Shown here: piece after piece, positions 59,916-64,000 of the stretch
Layout of the letters: every line of letters starts with the position of its first letter
Position numbering within the stretch: the first letter of the stretch is position 1
Source of the DNA: Clostridia bacterium
GTDB lineage: Bacteria; Bacillota; Clostridia; CAKSNL01; HGM11501
Reading direction: 5' to 3'
NCBI GenBank assembly: GCA_045545475.1
Contig: JAZQAZ010000010.1
Span: 96,001 to 160,000 of the forward strand
DNA length: 64,000 nucleotides
Translations under genes and position numbers: made by a program
Notes under the pieces: generated by a model
The model's input: the letters and a program-made list of their open reading frames with translations, nothing else
Told to the model about the DNA's origin: nothing
Databases searched by the model: none

Positions 59916-60716
59916 ATGATAGGTGCAATTTTAGGAGATGTTGTAGGGTCAATTTATGAGTTTAACAATATAAAAACAAAAGATTTTGAACTCTTCGGTA
60001 AAAAGTGTTCTTTTACAGATGATACGGTTATGACAGTCGCTGTTTCAAAAGCACTCAGAAAATATGAGGAAATTGACGAAAATAATATGGAAGATTTTAA
60101 GGCAACACTTATTTCTGATATGCACGAAGTAGGAATAAAATACCCTTATTGCGGATATGGAGGAAACTTTCGAGTATGGATAATTCGAAATGCTACAGAA
60201 CCATACGGAAGCTTCGGTAACGGATCTGCAATGCGAGTGTCCGCCGTGGGATGGTACGCAAAAAGCCTTGAAAATGCTGAATTGATTGCAAAAGCCACAG
60301 CTGAGGTTACGCATAATCATCCTGAGGGAATAAAAGGTGCTGTTGCAACAGCGGGAGCGGTGTACCTTGCAAGAAGCGGTAAAAGTATGGAAGAAATAAA
60401 AAAATATGTGGAAGGCTTCTATAATCTGGATTTCACATTGGATGAAATACGCCCGCATTATCATTTTGATGTGACATGTCAGGGAACAGTTCCACAGGCT
60501 ATGGAAGCGTTTTTTGAATCCGTGAGCTTTGAGGATGCTGTAAGAAATGCCATTTCCATCGGCGGTGACAGCGATACTCTGGCGGCCATAACGGGAGCTG
60601 TGGCGGAGGCGTATTATGGTATTGAAAAAGAATTTAAGAAAAAAACGCTTTCATATCTTGATGAATATCTTTTTTACTTAACCGAAAATTTCTGCAGTAA
60701 ATTTTGTGTTGAATAA
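59916..60716 (+). CDS. ADP-ribosylglycohydrolase (DraG/ARH family)
   Basis: GAILGD, FTDDT, GNGSAMR, TH, GGDSDT. Confidence 0.92.
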   Translation: MIGAILGDVVGSIYEFNNIKTKDFELFGKKCSFTDDTVMTVAVSKALRKYEEIDENNMEDFKATLISDMHEVGIKYPYCGYGGNFRVWIIRNATEPYGSFGNGSAMRVSAVGWYAKSLENAELIAKATAEVTHNHPEGIKGAVATAGAVYLARSGKSMEEIKKYVEGFYNLDFTLDEIRPHYHFDVTCQGTVPQAMEAFFESVSFEDAVRNAISIGGDSDTLAAITGAVAEAYYGIEKEFKKKTLSYLDEYLFYLTENFCSKFCVE

Positions 60717-60725
60717 TTTTTCACG

Positions 60726-60758
60726 GGAAGCCTTTTAACAAGGCTTCCTTGTTTTTTA
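60726..60758 (+). terminator. Intrinsic terminator
   Basis: GGAAGCCTT...AAGGCTTCC followed by a T tract. Confidence 0.7.
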
Positions 60759-60838
60759 TTCGGCAAAGTTGTTGACGGATAAATAATTTTTGTGCTATAA
60801 TTTATCCTGTAGATTTTGTTTGAATGGCGGTGTAGCTG

Positions 60839-61588
60839 ATGGTAGAAGTGGTTGCGGCATTAATCTGGGATAAGGATAAGTTTTTAATATGTCAGCGTCC
60901 TGAAAATAAAGGAAATGCACTTCTTTGGGAGTTTGTGGGCGGCAAGGTTGAAAAAGGAGAAACAAAGGAAGAAGCCCTGATTCGTGAATGTCGAGAGGAG
61001 CTTGATATAATCCTTTCGGTGGATGACGAGTTTATGGATGTGGTGCATGAATACCCTGACATCACGGTGCATCTTACGTTGTTTAATGCCGAAATAAAGG
61101 AAGGTGTCCCAAAGAAATTAGAACATAACGATATAAAATGGATAACAGTAGATGAAATGGATAAATTTGACTTTTGTCCTGCGGATACAGTGCTGCTTGA
61201 CAAAATTAAATCTGAACGGAGGGACAAAATGATAAATAAATTACTTAAAAGTGTGCTTGATCAGGACACAGCACCTGTTGTTGTCTGCGATATTAATGAC
61301 TGTATACGTTATATGAATCCTTGTGCAATAAAACGCTATCATAAGGATTTGACAGGGGAGAGTATTAAAAAATGCCATCCTCCTAAGGCAAATGAAATGA
61401 TTGATAGAGTTGTTTTGTGGTTTAAGAAAAGCAAGGATAACAACATTGTTTATACCTATCGTAACGACGAGGAAAATAAGGATGTTTATATGGTTGCCCT
61501 TCGTGACGATGACGGTACTTTGATAGGCTATTACGAAAAGCACGACTACAGAAACAGAGAAACATTAAATCTTTATGAAATGAAGTAA
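60839..61588 (+). CDS. MutT/NudG-type Nudix hydrolase fused to a PAS-like domain
   Basis: WEFVGGKVEKGET.EEAL.RE..EEL Nudix box; C-terminal YMNP...G.SI..CHP PAS-like domain. Confidence 0.75.
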   Translation: MVEVVAALIWDKDKFLICQRPENKGNALLWEFVGGKVEKGETKEEALIRECREELDIILSVDDEFMDVVHEYPDITVHLTLFNAEIKEGVPKKLEHNDIKWITVDEMDKFDFCPADTVLLDKIKSERRDKMINKLLKSVLDQDTAPVVVCDINDCIRYMNPCAIKRYHKDLTGESIKKCHPPKANEMIDRVVLWFKKSKDNNIVYTYRNDEENKDVYMVALRDDDGTLIGYYEKHDYRNRETLNLYEMK

Positions 61589-61602
61589 AAGGAGAAAGTA
61601 TT

Positions 61603-62004
61603 ATGAAAATTGCAGTAACTTACGAAAACGGTGAAATATTCGGACACTTCGGTCATACCGAACAGTTTAAGGTGTATGAGATTGAAGGCGGAAAAATAGT
61701 TTCAACAGAAATTTTAGACACAAATGGAAGCGGACACGGAGCTCTGGCAGGCTTTCTTGAAAACCTGGATGTTGATGTACTTATCTGCGGAGGAATTGGC
61801 ATGGGTGCACAGTTGGCTTTGGCATCTTGTGGAATCAAGCTCTTTGGCGGAGCTTCCGGAAATGCCGACAAAGCAGTTGAAGCTTTCCTTTCGGGTTCAT
61901 TGAATTATGATCCCGATGCAAAATGCGATCATCACGGTCACGAACACGGCGAAGGACATAACTGCGGAGAGCATAGCTGTGGAGGAAATTGCCACAATCA
62001 TTAA
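61603..62004 (+). CDS. NifB/NifX (FeMo-co biosynthesis) family protein with His/Cys-rich tail
   Basis: KIAV, GHFGHTEQF, LICGGIG. Confidence 0.85.
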   Translation: MKIAVTYENGEIFGHFGHTEQFKVYEIEGGKIVSTEILDTNGSGHGALAGFLENLDVDVLICGGIGMGAQLALASCGIKLFGGASGNADKAVEAFLSGSLNYDPDAKCDHHGHEHGEGHNCGEHSCGGNCHNH

Positions 62005-62066
62005 GGCAACAGAGAGTTGCTTGATGAAAAATGAAACCTGTAATATAATTGGCGTGAGGTGATTTT

Positions 62067-62828
62067 ATGGAAACAAAAGATATTTTAGCAAAGCTCCGAA
62101 ACGAAAAAGGGCTTACGCAGGATGCGTTGGCAGAAAAAGTATTTGTCACAAGACAGGCGGTGTCCCGATGGGAAACAGGGGAAACACAGCCAAACACCGA
62201 AACGCAGAAGCTTCTTTCAAAGCTTTATGATGTATCCATAAATACTCTTTTGGGCTCGCCGAGAGAGCTTATTTGCCAATGCTGCGGCATGCCTCTGGAA
62301 GATTCTGTGACAAGTAAGGAAACAGACGGTTTCTTTAATGAGGAATACTGCAAGTGGTGCTATGCCGACGGAGAATATATGTATCACAACATGGATGATC
62401 TTATTGACGTTTGCGTAGGTCATATGGTAAATGAAACACTTTCGGAAGATGATGTCCGTTCATATTTGAAAGAGACTCTTCCAAAGCTCGATTACTGGAA
62501 GCGGTATAGAGAGCTTGGCGGAGACGGGGCATTTGATGAATTTAAGAAAGTTTTAATTAATGAAATCAATGATTTACATATTGAGGGGATGCCTCATCTT
62601 ACAAAGCTTAATGCCCTTGTGGGTGGTTATATAAACCTTGAATACAGACTTCCGAGCGGTAAAACCGTTAAGTTTTTGGATGACGGGGCGACATATCTTG
62701 GCAATCAGCTTGAAAGCGAATTTGGCGGTAGATGTTTCGGCATTGCAGCCAATATGGACTTTATTCTTATTTGTACATATGAAGAAAACGGCGAAAATCC
62801 CGAGCTTGTTATGTATAAAAAGAGGTAG
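62067..62828 (+). CDS. XRE HTH + zinc-ribbon protein
   Basis: TQDALAEKVFVTRQAVSRWE; CQCCGMPL...YCKWCY. Confidence 0.85.
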   Translation: METKDILAKLRNEKGLTQDALAEKVFVTRQAVSRWETGETQPNTETQKLLSKLYDVSINTLLGSPRELICQCCGMPLEDSVTSKETDGFFNEEYCKWCYADGEYMYHNMDDLIDVCVGHMVNETLSEDDVRSYLKETLPKLDYWKRYRELGGDGAFDEFKKVLINEINDLHIEGMPHLTKLNALVGGYINLEYRLPSGKTVKFLDDGATYLGNQLESEFGGRCFGIAANMDFILICTYEENGENPELVMYKKR

Positions 62829-62880
62829 GACGATGCTTAGTTCAAAGCAAAATGATAGTTGATTTAAGGAAAGTGATGTT

Positions 62881-63663
62881 GTGAGATTGTCAAAAGGAAA
62901 AAACAACTTTCAGGATAATGTGTATTCTTACTGGGAATGGAGTGCACCTGTTTTGCAGACACACGATGAAATAATAGCAAAGCTTGCTGAACTTAATTTA
63001 GAAGGGCGTACAGTGAAAAATGTACGTTGCGTGGGAATGGCATATAATTGGAATGATGACAATATAGGTGAAGCGGTATACAGGGCACTTGGAGATATGA
63101 GTAAGGAAGATAGAAAGAGGTTGCCTAATCCGGAAGCATTTCTGCCTGAGGGAGTATATATCCCATGTTGGGCAGAGATTGATGAACCATTCATTATTGA
63201 GTTTGAAGACGGCGACGCTCTAGCTATTGATTATAGTGAGGGCAGCAGCGTAAGGATGGAAATGAATACACTTCCTGTAAATATTTTATGGGGGACAAAT
63301 AATCCTACAGTTCATGCTAATAAATTGTTTTCGGATATTATAGGAAAAAGGATTACTGCTGTTGAAATCGTGACTTCAACAGTGATGCCGGAGTTTACAG
63401 GATCATATGGACTGGATTTAGAAGAACAAGCGGCTTATATAGTTGGTCTTCATATCAAATATAATGATGGTAGTTTGCGGTATCCTCAAAAATCGTTATT
63501 TTTTACGTCATGGATGGATTACGGAGAAGTTTCGATAAGAAATCATGGAGGCGAGGCACTGCAAATTCACGCTCCTTATGTAAAGGAAATCGTAAAGGGT
63601 TTTGTAGATGATGAAGTGTTGAACTCCCAAAATGAATTTGATTTGTCCGAACTAGATAAATAA
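62881..63663 (+). CDS. Hypothetical protein
   Basis: 260-aa ORF, AAGGA RBS, GTG start. Confidence 0.6.
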   Translation: MRLSKGKNNFQDNVYSYWEWSAPVLQTHDEIIAKLAELNLEGRTVKNVRCVGMAYNWNDDNIGEAVYRALGDMSKEDRKRLPNPEAFLPEGVYIPCWAEIDEPFIIEFEDGDALAIDYSEGSSVRMEMNTLPVNILWGTNNPTVHANKLFSDIIGKRITAVEIVTSTVMPEFTGSYGLDLEEQAAYIVGLHIKYNDGSLRYPQKSLFFTSWMDYGEVSIRNHGGEALQIHAPYVKEIVKGFVDDEVLNSQNEFDLSELDK

Positions 63664-63808
63664 AATTTATTCTTATATACTGGACGAAAAAAATATTTGT
63701 AGACTCGTCCGTAAGTCATTCTGACGACGGCATTTTCTGTAAAATGCCTGCGGAAGAATCTCTTTATCAATGTAACAACACCGTAAATCCGGCAAAAAAG
63801 GAGAATTT

Positions 63809-64000
63809 ATGAAAAAAGTTTTATGCTTGCTTGTTATAGCATTTACACTTATAACTTCAAATATCGCTTTGACAAATTCCTATGTTACAATGTATGCCTT
63901 AGACGGCAGAACCATAAGTGTCCCGGAAGAGGATATAAACAAATGGAAGGCAGTAGGCTGGTACGCCCTAGCACCTGTTACGATGTATGCACTTAACGGA
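63809..64000 (+). CDS. Secreted protein with VTMYAxDGR...VGWY repeats (runs off window)
   Basis: AAGGAG RBS; MKKVLCLL signal; VTMYALDGR..KAVGWY..PVTMYALNG. Confidence 0.7.
   Translation, partial: MKKVLCLLVIAFTLITSNIALTNSYVTMYALDGRTISVPEEDINKWKAVGWYALAPVTMYALNG

Overview
Low-GC Gram-positive (Clostridia-like; inferred from SLH, 'stalk' and CBM32 proteins) chromosomal window. It has three parts. (1) A short housekeeping stretch at 1-5.1 kb. (2) A ~25.3 kb integrative element (5292-30587) bounded by an 11-bp direct repeat CATTTCGAGTG that splits a host tRNA-Ser(CGA) at its anticodon. The element carries its own intact tRNA-Ser(CGA), two tyrosine recombinases, a serine invertase with an invertible promoter, an RNase III and defence/conflict cargo (macro-HTH/vWA, PLD-helicase, GmrSD, nonsense-broken Mrr, two Fic proteins). 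It also carries an unannotated array of four promoter-bearing small-RNA-like units, the last of which runs into an ~840-nt hairpin-dense leader in front of the second tyrosine recombinase. (3) A carbohydrate-utilisation region at 30.9-58 kb that contains a complete but effector-less retron (msr-msd + RT), followed by a second macro-HTH/vWA/ADP-ribosylglycohydrolase/Nudix cluster sharing a spacing-conserved palindromic promoter site with the element copy. All calls come from reading the sequence and translations; no database search or folding software was run.
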